Positions 18,737 to 29,084 of a DNA stretch of 64,000 nucleotides are shown piece after piece. The position numbers and the translations under genes are program-made. This DNA comes from Candidatus Methanomethylicia archaeon. Its GTDB lineage: Archaea > Thermoproteota > Methanomethylicia > Culexarchaeales > Culexarchaeaceae. The stretch covers positions 128,001 through 192,000 of the forward strand of contig JAVYVS010000001.1 of NCBI GenBank assembly GCA_038727515.1. Reading direction: 5' to 3'. A model generated the notes under the pieces. The model was not told where the DNA came from and searched no databases. It saw nothing but the letters and a program-made list of their open reading frames with translations. Each line of letters starts with the position of its first letter. The stretch's first letter is position 1.

Positions 18737-20611
18737 CTATTTATTTAATACATCTCTAATATTTTTAAATCTAATTAATTCTGCATACTTTTCATCTGTT
18801 AATCCAATAATGTTTAGTAATCTTCCATTTATCCTATTTCTATCTAATGCTCTCTTCCAAAATGGTCTTGGATCAAGTCCTTGGAATAATGGTGTTAATT
18901 GTGATTTATGCATTTTTATAGCTTCAATCTTTTTATTCATGAGTTCTTCATCGAATGGTATTATCATATCTGCTTCATATATCATGTATTCTTCCCAGCT
19001 GCCTTTGTAAAGCCATATTTTAGATTCATGTTTTGTAAATGTTCTTTTTAATGCTTCAAGTATTATTTCAATACATTTGCCATGGGTTCCATGGGGATCA
19101 TCAACTTCACCTGGCATAACGATTATTTCAGGTTTGATTTCATTTAATAATTTCATGACAATTTCAATGTCAGCATTTGTTATTGGATTTTTAATTATTA
19201 CACCAGATTCATAGAATGGTAGTCTTAAAAAGTATAGTTTATCTCTCTTTATCCCTAGAATTTCAGCGGCTTTACAAGCTTCCCTTTCTCTTATCTTAGC
19301 TTTTAAATCCAAAAGCTTTTTTAACTCTATACTTCCACTTTTAATGTCGTTTATTATTTTGCTTAAGCTTTCCCCATTTTCAATTAGTTCATCTATTTCT
19401 TCAATAACGTCGCTATCTCTTACAGCTATATTACCTGAAACCATATACGCCACTCTAACATCATTACCTATGTCATTAAGCATTTTCATTGTAGCTCCTA
19501 TACATATTACATCATCATCTGGATGTGGAGAAAATATTAAGATTCTTTTATCCTTTGGAAGTTTATTTTCATCCACTATTTTTGATTCAAGTATACTAAT
19601 TACATTTTGTTTTAGAAAATCTAAATTGTAGGATGCTAATTCTTCAAGCTTCATATATTTTAAATCTTCTACGTTTAACTCAATTATCCTCTTCTTCAGT
19701 TCTATTGCTGTTAACGTTAATGCTTTTTCCAAAAGGTTTTCCTCTTTTCCCAAAGCTTTCTTCAATTCAAATGTCCAATCAACTTTTGAATATAGCCATG
19801 GCATGACAATCCTCCTCAATTTTGATGCTGCCCCTCTATCTAGTATGAATATTGTGTTTGGATGTTTTTGTAGTATTGATGCTGGAACTAAATTTGTTAT
19901 TTCACCTTCTAAAGCTTCTTTTACACTACTTGCTTTATGCTCCCCTGAAGCTAACAATATTATCTTTTTTGCCTCCATTATTGTCGCTATACCCATTGTT
20001 ATAGCATAGTATGGGACTTCTTCAATTCTCATGAAGAATCTTGAATTATCACTTCTAGTTTGTTCAGACAATTTTACAAGTCTTGTTCTACTATTAAATG
20101 ATGATCCAGGCTCATTGAAACCTATATGTCCACCAATATATTTGCCATCTTCATTATAATATCCACCGCCTATGCCTAGAATCTGTAGATCTATTCCACC
20201 ATGAGCTTTTATTTCATCTTCATACCATTCACAATACTCATTTATTTTTGATATTTCAACTTCGCCATTGGGTATATGAATATTTTCTTCTTTAATGTTT
20301 ACGTGATTGAAAAAGTAGTATTTCATGTAGAAATGATAACTGTAGGGGCTATTTCTTGGCATAGGCCAATATTCATCTAAATTGAACGTTACCACTTTGG
20401 AAAAATTGATTAAACCACGTTTAAACATTCTAATAAGTTCATCGTACATTCCAATGGGTGTACTTCCAGTAGCCAATCCTATAACGCTGTCAGGTTTATT
20501 TATAATTTGATTTGCAATTATTTCAGCAGCATTTCTACTCATTTCCCAATAATCACTTTGAATCACTACTTTAACCATGGGTGTGTCATGTAAATTTTGT
20601 CCTCCTCCCAA
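18737..20611 (-). CDS. nagB: Glucosamine-6-phosphate deaminase (NagB) fused to a PIG-L family deacetylase-like domain
   Basis: GLATGSTP, FNLDEY, GHIGFNEPG, AITMGIATI; C-terminal SPHPDDDVI and DPHGTH. Confidence 0.9.
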   Translation of the reverse strand: MGGGQNLHDTPMVKVVIQSDYWEMSRNAAEIIANQIINKPDSVIGLATGSTPIGMYDELIRMFKRGLINFSKVVTFNLDEYWPMPRNSPYSYHFYMKYYFFNHVNIKEENIHIPNGEVEISKINEYCEWYEDEIKAHGGIDLQILGIGGGYYNEDGKYIGGHIGFNEPGSSFNSRTRLVKLSEQTRSDNSRFFMRIEEVPYYAITMGIATIMEAKKIILLASGEHKASSVKEALEGEITNLVPASILQKHPNTIFILDRGAASKLRRIVMPWLYSKVDWTFELKKALGKEENLLEKALTLTAIELKKRIIELNVEDLKYMKLEELASYNLDFLKQNVISILESKIVDENKLPKDKRILIFSPHPDDDVICIGATMKMLNDIGNDVRVAYMVSGNIAVRDSDVIEEIDELIENGESLSKIINDIKSGSIELKKLLDLKAKIREREACKAAEILGIKRDKLYFLRLPFYESGVIIKNPITNADIEIVMKLLNEIKPEIIVMPGEVDDPHGTHGKCIEIILEALKRTFTKHESKIWLYKGSWEEYMIYEADMIIPFDEELMNKKIEAIKMHKSQLTPLFQGLDPRPFWKRALDRNRINGRLLNIIGLTDEKYAELIRFKNIRDVLNK

Positions 20612-20730
20612 ATTTAATTTTTTTCAACTATATTTAACTAAAATTTAATTTAAATAAATATGGATTACTGAAAACAAGCATTTCACAAATTTGGAGATAG
20701 CTTATATACCGTATTTACCTTATAATCTAT

Positions 20731-21015
20731 TTGGTGTTATGCATGTCTATGCCATTTCAAATAACTCCTGAAGATATAGTTGAAGGTGAAGATGTGGATT
20801 TCGAAGAGGTTGAAGAACATTGGAATGTTTATAAACTTAAGGATGGAACCACTTTGAAGGTAAAATTGGTTTTAATTGGTGTTAAGAGGTTGAAGAAATA
20901 TAATCCTGATGGTACACCAATATACATTATTAATGCACAAAATATTGTTAGAGCAGTAAATATACCTAAAGAGTTGAGGTTAAAGACTAAAGCGGATTCC
21001 TTTAAATCCATCTAA
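20731..21015 (+). CDS. Small hypothetical protein
   Basis: Well-formed ORF with beta-rich EHWNVYKLKDGT...DGTPIY sequence. Confidence 0.7.
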   Translation: MVLCMSMPFQITPEDIVEGEDVDFEEVEEHWNVYKLKDGTTLKVKLVLIGVKRLKKYNPDGTPIYIINAQNIVRAVNIPKELRLKTKADSFKSI

Positions 21016-21082
21016 ATCTTCTCATGATATTTAGACAAAAGTTTAAATTAGGTTTTGTTTTTAAATATTTTAAGGTGTCTTT

Positions 21083-21529
21083 TTGTTTTCAATTAAAAGT
21101 AAATTTGGAGCAACTCCAGTTATATCTACTGTTATACTTGTTGGTGCAGTCATTGTAGCATTTAGCTTCGTTCTTGTTTTCACAAATCAATGGATAAAGG
21201 TTAGTAGGTATTATGATGTTGAAGGAGTTTATGAGAGGATTATTATTGAAGATGTATGGTTTATGCCATTACAAAATAATCGTGTCATTAGATTAACTAT
21301 AACTAATGTTGGAAAAATAGATGTTAAGATAGTTATGATCTTAATTTTCAAGAAGGATGGCAATATCCTGGTTAAATCATATAATTCCGAATTAGATTTG
21401 TATGTTATCCATGAAGCTGTTTCCATTGATTTAGTTTTAGATACTCCTTGGACTCCTAAAACTGTTTATAGAATTGAAATAATAACTTTGAGGGGGAATA
21501 AATTTGAAGTTGTCTGTACATCACCGTGA
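21083..21529 (+). CDS. Archaeal type IV pilin/archaellin-like protein
   Basis: Class III signal-like KSKFG|ATPVISTVILV; ITNVGKIDV; ITLRGN. Confidence 0.75.
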   Translation: MFSIKSKFGATPVISTVILVGAVIVAFSFVLVFTNQWIKVSRYYDVEGVYERIIIEDVWFMPLQNNRVIRLTITNVGKIDVKIVMILIFKKDGNILVKSYNSELDLYVIHEAVSIDLVLDTPWTPKTVYRIEIITLRGNKFEVVCTSP

Positions 21530-22496
21530 TAAAGGGTTTGCAACAGTAATAGGAGCTATATTCTTTGTTTTAATGTCAATGTTAATAGTAACATTCATTT
21601 ATGATGGTTATCGAAAACAAATGGAAATGTATAATTTTGAAAAGGAGGTTTTAAGGGAACGTATAGATTTAACCGTAACTATTTCCAAAACTCTTGGTTT
21701 TACAATGTCAATAGATAATAATGGGCATGAAACTGCAGAGGTAATTAGGTTTTGGATTATTGATTTAACTGGAAATCTACACTATAACTATACTCTACCT
21801 GAAGGTAAACGAGTTATACCATCCCACACTAGTATTACCATTGAATCCTACGAAATCATGGGTTCCTCAACACTAATTAAAGGAAGATATTATATATTCC
21901 GATTGATTACAGCCCGTGGGAATATTATAGAAACAAATTCGATTAAAGCCCTCCCAGGGAATATAGCAAGTACATATCCTCAGGCTCTTCAAACTTTACC
22001 TCAATTACCATGGTTAAGCAATGAAACCGTAATAGTATCAACAAATGCTTCTGAGACTCCAGTATATAATATAAGTAGCGAGAGAGACAGGGTAGTGCCA
22101 TATGATGGAAGAGAAGCATATATTTCAATTAAAAATACTGGTGATGCAGCAATATTTTTAACATCAAATACTAGAATTATATTTAGAAGTTTAAATGAGA
22201 ATAAGTCTTATGCAGGAATACTTTCAGAGTGGTACCTATATTACTGGAATCCGGATAAAAATAGATGGGAACTTGAAGATAGTGGATCAATTAGTCCCTC
22301 TGTTGATTCAAAGGTCATATACCCTGGTATGGTTGTAGTTCTAGAGTTCTCGATACCAAGTGAAGTTCCAGGAAATATTGGTGCTAAATATAGGATTAAG
22401 AAGGGGACTTATGATGTTTATCTTTTACTTGAAGGTTATGATGCTTATGGAAGGAAATTTACTTCAACCATATATTATGGGACTGTAAGTTTCTAA
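21504..22496 (+). CDS. Pilin-like protein (larger, minor pilin-like)
   Basis: RDKG|FATVIGAIFF class III signal; IDNNG, ITARGN, IKNTGD beta-domain motifs. Confidence 0.7.
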   Translation: MKLSVHHRDKGFATVIGAIFFVLMSMLIVTFIYDGYRKQMEMYNFEKEVLRERIDLTVTISKTLGFTMSIDNNGHETAEVIRFWIIDLTGNLHYNYTLPEGKRVIPSHTSITIESYEIMGSSTLIKGRYYIFRLITARGNIIETNSIKALPGNIASTYPQALQTLPQLPWLSNETVIVSTNASETPVYNISSERDRVVPYDGREAYISIKNTGDAAIFLTSNTRIIFRSLNENKSYAGILSEWYLYYWNPDKNRWELEDSGSISPSVDSKVIYPGMVVVLEFSIPSEVPGNIGAKYRIKKGTYDVYLLLEGYDAYGRKFTSTIYYGTVSF

Positions 22497-22581
22497 ATTG
22501 TTGATTTTAAATTTTGTATTGTATTAATCCTTAAACTTTTTATTTTAATTGAATTATATTCATTTTGATACGTGATTATTT

Positions 22582-23004
22582 ATGTTGTCTAAAGTTTTGG
22601 AGCATGTTGTTAATAGTTTGGAAGGGTTGAAGGCGAATTTAATGTTTGCAAAGGAGAGGTTTGAAGCGTTGCCTTCATATATAAAGTATTATGCTATAAG
22701 TGACTTTAAATCGAGTACTGGTATGGATTTTGATGGATGGTTGAATGAAGTGGATAAGATGATGAGTATAGTGGGGATGATAAAGGCTAATCCTTCAAAA
22801 ACTTATCTTAGCAATATTGAAAGCTTCCATGCGAATCTATTGAAACTGATAGATTATTTAAGAGGATTGAAGGTGAAGATTGATTATCTGCCTCCAGGTT
22901 TAATACCAAATATTGATGAAATAATTAAGAAATTCTCGGATATGATTGAAGAATTAGAGGGTTTAAGGGGTGGATTAGAGCAGCTTAAAAACTTATTACA
23001 ATAA
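22582..23004 (+). CDS. Hypothetical alpha-helical protein
   Basis: 140-aa ORF with amphipathic helical pattern. Confidence 0.55.
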   Translation: MLSKVLEHVVNSLEGLKANLMFAKERFEALPSYIKYYAISDFKSSTGMDFDGWLNEVDKMMSIVGMIKANPSKTYLSNIESFHANLLKLIDYLRGLKVKIDYLPPGLIPNIDEIIKKFSDMIEELEGLRGGLEQLKNLLQ

Positions 23005-23038
23005 ACTATTTTTAATTTTTACTGTTAACCTTTACCTT

Positions 23039-23623
23039 CTACTTAGATCTTGATACGTATATATTCCCTTTTACATAGAATCTTAATGGTTTTGATAAAT
23101 CTCTTTTTACCCCTATCCTATTGCTTCTCCCTATTTCATAATTCTCCACTTTTCTCCCTTCTTCTATCCATATTCCTGATGTTTTTGTATATACTGGTTT
23201 TCTATGTAAGGCTTTGTCAATCGCCATGGCTTTACATAGTTTTCCTGGACCATTTGATAATTTAGTTATATCTCTTACTCCAGCATTTTTAATCATTTGT
23301 TCTATTCCTTCACATGGTTCTATCGCTCTTATCAATACCGCTCCTCCATCTCCCTCTAAATGTGATACTATGTTTAATAGCCATTTTCCATGTACTCCAT
23401 ATATTAATGTTAATCCTACTTCGCCATATAGTGTTTTTGCTAGATCTCCTTTCATGCTTTTATGGGCTCTTGAAGCTGGATCCCATGCTCCATAGTATGC
23501 TTCTGTTTCCACTATATATCCAGACATTCTAATACCATTTACTTCTCTAACAAGTAATTTCCCCAATAATTTTATGGAGACTTCTTCTGGGTCTTGTAAA
23601 TAGAATTCTCTTCCTATTATCAT
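23039..23623 (-). CDS. mpg: 3-methyladenine DNA glycosylase (MPG/AAG family)
   Basis: LLGKLLVR, IVETEAY, DPASRA, AVLIRAIEP, NGPGKLCKAM, RIGV, RFYVKGNIYVS. Confidence 0.93.
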   Translation of the reverse strand: MIIGREFYLQDPEEVSIKLLGKLLVREVNGIRMSGYIVETEAYYGAWDPASRAHKSMKGDLAKTLYGEVGLTLIYGVHGKWLLNIVSHLEGDGGAVLIRAIEPCEGIEQMIKNAGVRDITKLSNGPGKLCKAMAIDKALHRKPVYTKTSGIWIEEGRKVENYEIGRSNRIGVKRDLSKPLRFYVKGNIYVSRSK

Positions 23624-24015
23624 GTTGGCATTACATATCCTGGTTTTGGTTGATATAATATTCCTTCTTTCAACATTTTTTCTATTATTTCAATAGTCTT
23701 TATTCTTTGTGCTCCATATTCTCTTTCCAATTCTTCTATTATCAATTCTATTTTTACTGGTCCCCCCTCCATATTAACCTTTTCTTCAATGTATTCTCTT
23801 ATCAATCTCCCACTTATCATCTTTCTAGATAATGTTTGTCCTTCACTCATGCTTCTTACGTATTCTTCTATTGCTCTATTCACTATTTTATTGAGTATTT
23901 TTTCTGCATTTTCCTTTACTTTTACTTTCTCCATGAAGGCTTCATATAATTCTCTTTTAATGAGTATCTTCTTCTCCATGTAATCTCCATTTACACTTTT
24001 CCCATTAGGATTCAT
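23620..24015 (-). CDS. Putative ribbon-helix-helix plus winged-helix DNA-binding protein
   Basis: ILIKRELYEAF...IVNRAIEEYV (RHH-like); IEKMLKEGILYQPKPGYV (resembles the MCM C-terminal wHTH). Confidence 0.55.
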   Translation of the reverse strand: MNPNGKSVNGDYMEKKILIKRELYEAFMEKVKVKENAEKILNKIVNRAIEEYVRSMSEGQTLSRKMISGRLIREYIEEKVNMEGGPVKIELIIEELEREYGAQRIKTIEIIEKMLKEGILYQPKPGYVMPT

Positions 24016-24050
24016 ATTTCTACAATAATTTATCTCGTTTTATGATTTAT

Positions 24051-24515
24051 TTAATTTTTTATAATTACTCTTCTTATTGGATAGTTTCTTTTTATTATTG
24101 GTATTAATATTATGATTATGGGTATTGGGTATAGTAGTAATGCTATTAGTATTCCTCCAAATCCAAAGTTGTATAATTTTTGGAATAATTGCCATTGCCA
24201 GCTTAGAAATCCAGCCCAATGTAGGTATCCCCATATTAGTATTGTTGTTAATGTTATCCAGTTTTTTAATTTGTATGTTAATATTATTCCAATTGTTGAT
24301 TCTATTATGGCTGGTACTATTAAAACTTCTTTTCCATAATTCTTTATACCCCATTTAGCCATTGGGTTTGCTTCATTATCGCCAGTTGGATCTACCATTA
24401 CATATGTTATTGATATATCTAATATAGTTGATATTATCATGAAACCCAGTATTAGTTTATGTAACTCTATTTCTTTATTCCCATTATTTTTATGCGGTGA
24501 TTTTGGCCTCAGCAT
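24051..24515 (-). CDS. DUF5658-like membrane protein
   Basis: ILDISITY...EANPMA motif, four TM segments. Confidence 0.55.
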   Translation of the reverse strand: MLRPKSPHKNNGNKEIELHKLILGFMIISTILDISITYVMVDPTGDNEANPMAKWGIKNYGKEVLIVPAIIESTIGIILTYKLKNWITLTTILIWGYLHWAGFLSWQWQLFQKLYNFGFGGILIALLLYPIPIIIILIPIIKRNYPIRRVIIKN

Positions 24516-24583
24516 TTGTTTACCTCATCCCTCCCATCGGTACTCGGCAAATTCTTCATTGGCCAATAGATTTATTGATTTTC

Positions 24584-25906
24584 CTACATATATTCTTTTA
24601 AGTATTTTGATAAATCTATGGACTCATATTTATGCTTTTTAAATTCCTTTATATTTCTACCTAGGGGTATTGTAGCATCTATACCTGCTTTAGCAGTTAT
24701 TGGTTTTTCTCCAGGTATATGTTTTGCTGATGGATCTAGTGATGATCCTCTTTGATTAGTGTATATGTATATGTCTTCATCTGCTTGTACTCTTGTTGCT
24801 ATAGCCCATTCAACTTCATTTGGATCATATATGTTTATGTCTTCATCTACAATTATACAATGCTTCAATGATTTATGTGCTCTAAATGCTGCTTCTATAG
24901 CTTTTTTAGGTTCATCATCATTCTCCTTTCTTATTTGGATTATTGCATGAAGCCATGAGCATCCTCCAGGGGTCATTAAAACATTTATACATTTACAAAC
25001 TTTATTTACTTCATTATATATCATTGGTTCCATGGGCATACCCATTAATATTTTATGTTCACTTTTACCTGGTAGTAGTGCTTGATATATTGGGCTTCTT
25101 CTATGGGTTATCTTCTTTACTTCTATTACTGGTTGTTCCCGTTCAATATCGTAGGTTTCAGTTATATCTAGGAATGGACCTTCTGGCGCTCTTTCTTTAG
25201 TTACTCTCCCTTCTAATACTATTTCTGTTTCAGCTGGAACTTCTATATCTATTGTTTTACATTTCACTAGTGGAGTTGGATGTAGAGCATTAGCCATACT
25301 TAATTCGTCTACACCATGTGGTAGTGATGTTGCAGCAGCAATTAAAACTTGAATTGGGCTTCCAATACAAATAGCAATATCAGCTTCTCCACCACTCTTC
25401 TTTAGTATGGTATCTGTTCCTCTACCTTCTACAATTCTAGCTACAAACCTATTTTCATCAAGTAAGAGTAATCTATGAAATGAAGAATTTCTTATACCTG
25501 TTTCAGGATCTTTCAATATACAGACAGCACTAGTAATATATCTACCACGATCATTAGGCATATGTTTCAATATTGGAAGCATTCTTAAGTCAACTCTTTC
25601 TTCAATAACTTCTTGACATACTCCCACATCAACTATCTCTGGTTCCTTTAAATTGTTTATAGCCCATGAAAGTTTATGTATTATCTCTTCTCTCTTTATA
25701 TTTAATGCTTTAGCTACAAGTTCTCTAGATGATAATATATTTCCAATTATTGGTATATTTGATTCTTTTATTTTACTAAAATATACTGGTTTTCCATCTA
25801 ATGCTGCAAGTATATTAGCAACTTCATATTCTACTGATACTTCTCTATCTATTTTCACCAATATTCTTTCAGCTTCAAGTTTTGAAATAAAATTTCTCAA
25901 GTTCAT
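24584..25906 (-). CDS. UbiD family prFMN-dependent decarboxylase (possibly the anhydromevalonate phosphate decarboxylase of the archaeal mevalonate pathway)
   Basis: NSSFHRL, VPAETEIVLEG, EGPFLDITETY, VDEDINIYD..EVEWAIATR, GSSLDPS, KAGIDAT. Confidence 0.9.
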   Translation of the reverse strand: MNLRNFISKLEAERILVKIDREVSVEYEVANILAALDGKPVYFSKIKESNIPIIGNILSSRELVAKALNIKREEIIHKLSWAINNLKEPEIVDVGVCQEVIEERVDLRMLPILKHMPNDRGRYITSAVCILKDPETGIRNSSFHRLLLLDENRFVARIVEGRGTDTILKKSGGEADIAICIGSPIQVLIAAATSLPHGVDELSMANALHPTPLVKCKTIDIEVPAETEIVLEGRVTKERAPEGPFLDITETYDIEREQPVIEVKKITHRRSPIYQALLPGKSEHKILMGMPMEPMIYNEVNKVCKCINVLMTPGGCSWLHAIIQIRKENDDEPKKAIEAAFRAHKSLKHCIIVDEDINIYDPNEVEWAIATRVQADEDIYIYTNQRGSSLDPSAKHIPGEKPITAKAGIDATIPLGRNIKEFKKHKYESIDLSKYLKEYM

Positions 25907-26052
25907 AAGTCCCTAATTAAATATGCCAATCTATATTTAAAACTTAATTAAATCTATTTGCAATATATTGTGTTTTATTAACGTTATAAAATAGTTAAAT
26001 ATATTTACTTAATAATTATTAATGTTTTAAATCGTAGTAGGTAGAATGATCA

Positions 26053-27285
26053 ATGAAATTTAAATCTTCCAATAAATTTCCAATATACACCTTTATTGCT
26101 TTAGTACTTATTGGATTCTCTACACGTCTTAGTTATAGTTTAGCTAGAAATCCCATTTTACCCCTCTTTGCAGCGGCATTGGGAGCTTCACCATCAATTA
26201 TAGGTTTAGTTGTTGGGATATCTACAGTTACTGGGATATTATTTAAAGCTCCTGCTGGAGCTCTTTCAGATATTTATGGTAGGAGAACTATTCTATTTAT
26301 TTCAACATTGATTTTCGGTCTTGTACCCTTCACATATTTACTTGTCAATAATTATATTCTTTTAATTGTTATTCGCTTTATTCATGGTTTTGCTACAGCC
26401 ATTTACGGACCTGTTGCCATGGCTTCAATAATTGATATTGCTGGAGAAAGAAAGGGTCAATGGACTGCTACATTTTCATCGATTTCAACCATTGGAAGCA
26501 TTATTTCCGCCCCTTTAGGTGGAGGACTCCTATACATACTTGGAGGTTCAAATCCCAGTATAGAAGTCTTCCACTTCATTTATTTTATTGCTGGATGTAT
26601 TGGTAGTATATCTATAATTTTAGTATTTGCATCATGGAAATATCTTCCACATAAAGAATCTTCAACATCTCCAACCATGGGAGCTGTTATTGAGAAGTTT
26701 AGAAAAGATCTTTTAGCAGTTTTTAGAGATATTCAAGTTTTATTGATAAGCTCTATGGAAGCAGTTCAAAATTTAACTGTAGGTGCATTGGAAGCTTTCC
26801 TACCATACTATATAATTTCTATAGCTGGTCTCTCATCTTTTCATGCTGGAGTTTTATGGGGTCTCCAACTTACCCTACTCATATTATTTAGACCTTTAAT
26901 GGGGAGATTTTCAGATGTTTATGGTAGAAAACCATTTATCACATTTGGAATGATCTTTTGCGCTTCATCATTCATTTTATATCCTATAACCACTAATTTC
27001 CTAATTTTGTGTATTCTAACGATAATTTTTGGTTTAGGGGAAGCTATGGTTACTTCTTCCACAGCAGCTATGGTTGCAGAAAAGAGTAAAGCTCATGGTT
27101 ACGGAGTTTCCATGGGAGTTTTTGGAAGTCTTTGGGATATTGGACATGCTTCAGGACCTATAATTACTGGAATCTTATTGGAAAAGTTTAATTATATGTA
27201 TTCCTTTGGTATAATTTCTTTAATTTTGTTTATCTTCACTATATTATTTCAAATGCATGTTGAGGAAAGTGAAAAATCAACTTAG
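26053..27285 (+). CDS. MFS transporter
   Basis: About 12 TM segments; GALSDIYGRR and GRFSDVYGRK motif A. Confidence 0.92.
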   Translation: MKFKSSNKFPIYTFIALVLIGFSTRLSYSLARNPILPLFAAALGASPSIIGLVVGISTVTGILFKAPAGALSDIYGRRTILFISTLIFGLVPFTYLLVNNYILLIVIRFIHGFATAIYGPVAMASIIDIAGERKGQWTATFSSISTIGSIISAPLGGGLLYILGGSNPSIEVFHFIYFIAGCIGSISIILVFASWKYLPHKESSTSPTMGAVIEKFRKDLLAVFRDIQVLLISSMEAVQNLTVGALEAFLPYYIISIAGLSSFHAGVLWGLQLTLLILFRPLMGRFSDVYGRKPFITFGMIFCASSFILYPITTNFLILCILTIIFGLGEAMVTSSTAAMVAEKSKAHGYGVSMGVFGSLWDIGHASGPIITGILLEKFNYMYSFGIISLILFIFTILFQMHVEESEKST

Positions 27286-27323
27286 ATTTTAATTCGATAT
27301 GTATTGTTAAGGATTGCTAAATT

Positions 27324-28934
27324 TTATCCTTTAATGAATTTTACAAGGTTTTCTAAGAAGTTTTTATTATCGCCTATATCATGAAATGGATCTAATAGGA
27401 ATGTTAGATCTCCAATGGCTATAACATTACCATTTATAGCTATAGGTGTATATACATTTCTTACATCTAATAGTGATAGGTAAGTTGTATTGAAGGTGTA
27501 TGCTAACTTCTCTTTTCCACCATATACTTGTGCAGCTGTAAATAGTATGAGTTCAGTTATATTTGATGTTAATGGATGATTCGTAAAATTCTTTAACACT
27601 ATATTCCTATATATCCCATAATTATATTTTAAATCGTATAAGTAGCCATCGGAGAAGTGCATTCCATATTCTTGAGCTAACATATTTATGTATATTGATG
27701 AAACTATGGAAGGATCATAAATCATTAATAATTTCCCTCCATTACTAACATAATTCTTTATAATGTTTATTTCATGGGGAGTGAAGGGTGAACTTGGGCA
27801 GATGATTAATAGGGCTTTTGGTATTCCTATGGTCATCATGAAATTCTGTAATGATTGAATATCTGTGAATAATATTTTTATGTTGTTTTCAATTAATTTA
27901 CCCCAAAGTGCTCCTAGAATTTCATATATGAAGAGATTTCTATGTGAGATATCTACAAAAACAACTTCTTCACCAGTGGGATTGTAATTTGATATGATAT
28001 TCGTTGGTGTATTGGAAATAGTATTTTCTCCCATAAATCTATAAGCCTTGATATAATATGGCGATAGATAGTATATGCCCAATGGTTCTGGTTGAAGTTT
28101 AGATAGTAATTCAATAGATAAAAATTCACCTTTTGACCATAATTCCCCTCCTAAGGATTGTATATTCTTCTTAAACATTTCAGTTAAATCAATAATCCTA
28201 TATTCAACTATACCAGCAATTTTAGCTACTCTATCTACAACTTCAATAAATGAACTAAAACCATCTATTAAACCTAATTTAATAGCATCGTTGGCTATAT
28301 AGAGTTTACCTAAAGAAAGTTCTTCCATTGTAGTATTCAATTTTAAACCTCTACTAGATTTTATTGCATTTATGAAATTATCTAAAGCATTTTTAACAAT
28401 GAAAGGAACCTCCTTTAAAGAGAATCCAGTATATTTGTATGGTCCAGTTTCTATGATAGCTTCAGAAGGAATAACTAGGTATGGTTGACTCATAATAAGT
28501 CCAATATTTCCAATAAGGGAAGTTGGTGTAGAATATATCTCTCTAGAACCAAGACACACATAGTATCCTCCAGAAGCAGCAAGTCCCTCAATAATGGTTA
28601 CCACAGGTTTAATTGAATTAAGTTTCTTTAGAGCATTGTAAATATCTTCCACTATGGAAGCATAACCACCTGGAGAATCTACTCTTAACACAATACCAGT
28701 AATAGAATTATTTAGATAAGCATATAGTATTGAATTTATGTAGAGTTCCTTATCATAATCACTAATCATATATCCATAAATACTTATAACACCAATTAAT
28801 GGGATGGCTCGAATGGTAGGTTTAAAAATGAGTGGAAGGGTATAGTAAGTTATATAGTATCCTAAAGCTAAACCTGCAAAAAACATTACAATAAATAGTA
28901 TGAATATACTAATACGTAGAGGCAAATTTCTCAA
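27324..28934 (-). CDS. S49 (SppA-like) peptidase fused to a GldG/DUF4350-like domain
   Basis: TM anchor, RVDSPGG, AASGGYY, IGNIG, GPYK, LGLIDG; C-terminal FVDISH...YVSNGGKLL...HPLTSNITEL...IAIGD...DNKNFLENL. Confidence 0.8.
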   Translation of the reverse strand: MRNLPLRISIFILFIVMFFAGLALGYYITYYTLPLIFKPTIRAIPLIGVISIYGYMISDYDKELYINSILYAYLNNSITGIVLRVDSPGGYASIVEDIYNALKKLNSIKPVVTIIEGLAASGGYYVCLGSREIYSTPTSLIGNIGLIMSQPYLVIPSEAIIETGPYKYTGFSLKEVPFIVKNALDNFINAIKSSRGLKLNTTMEELSLGKLYIANDAIKLGLIDGFSSFIEVVDRVAKIAGIVEYRIIDLTEMFKKNIQSLGGELWSKGEFLSIELLSKLQPEPLGIYYLSPYYIKAYRFMGENTISNTPTNIISNYNPTGEEVVFVDISHRNLFIYEILGALWGKLIENNIKILFTDIQSLQNFMMTIGIPKALLIICPSSPFTPHEINIIKNYVSNGGKLLMIYDPSIVSSIYINMLAQEYGMHFSDGYLYDLKYNYGIYRNIVLKNFTNHPLTSNITELILFTAAQVYGGKEKLAYTFNTTYLSLLDVRNVYTPIAINGNVIAIGDLTFLLDPFHDIGDNKNFLENLVKFIKG

Positions 28935-29084
28935 AGAATTATATTGAGGTCTTATTACTTAAATTTTTAGTATAATATACTACATAAATGGGATTCAATA
29001 CTTGTAGATTCATATATTTATTTTAACTTTTATAATAGCTCATTTATCCTTGTAAGTGCTTAATTAATTTAAAATACTTGTTAA

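Noticed and set aside
23039-24584. Integrated element around the DUF5658-like and RHH genes
   Set aside because: No integrase, att repeats, tRNA or replication gene was seen
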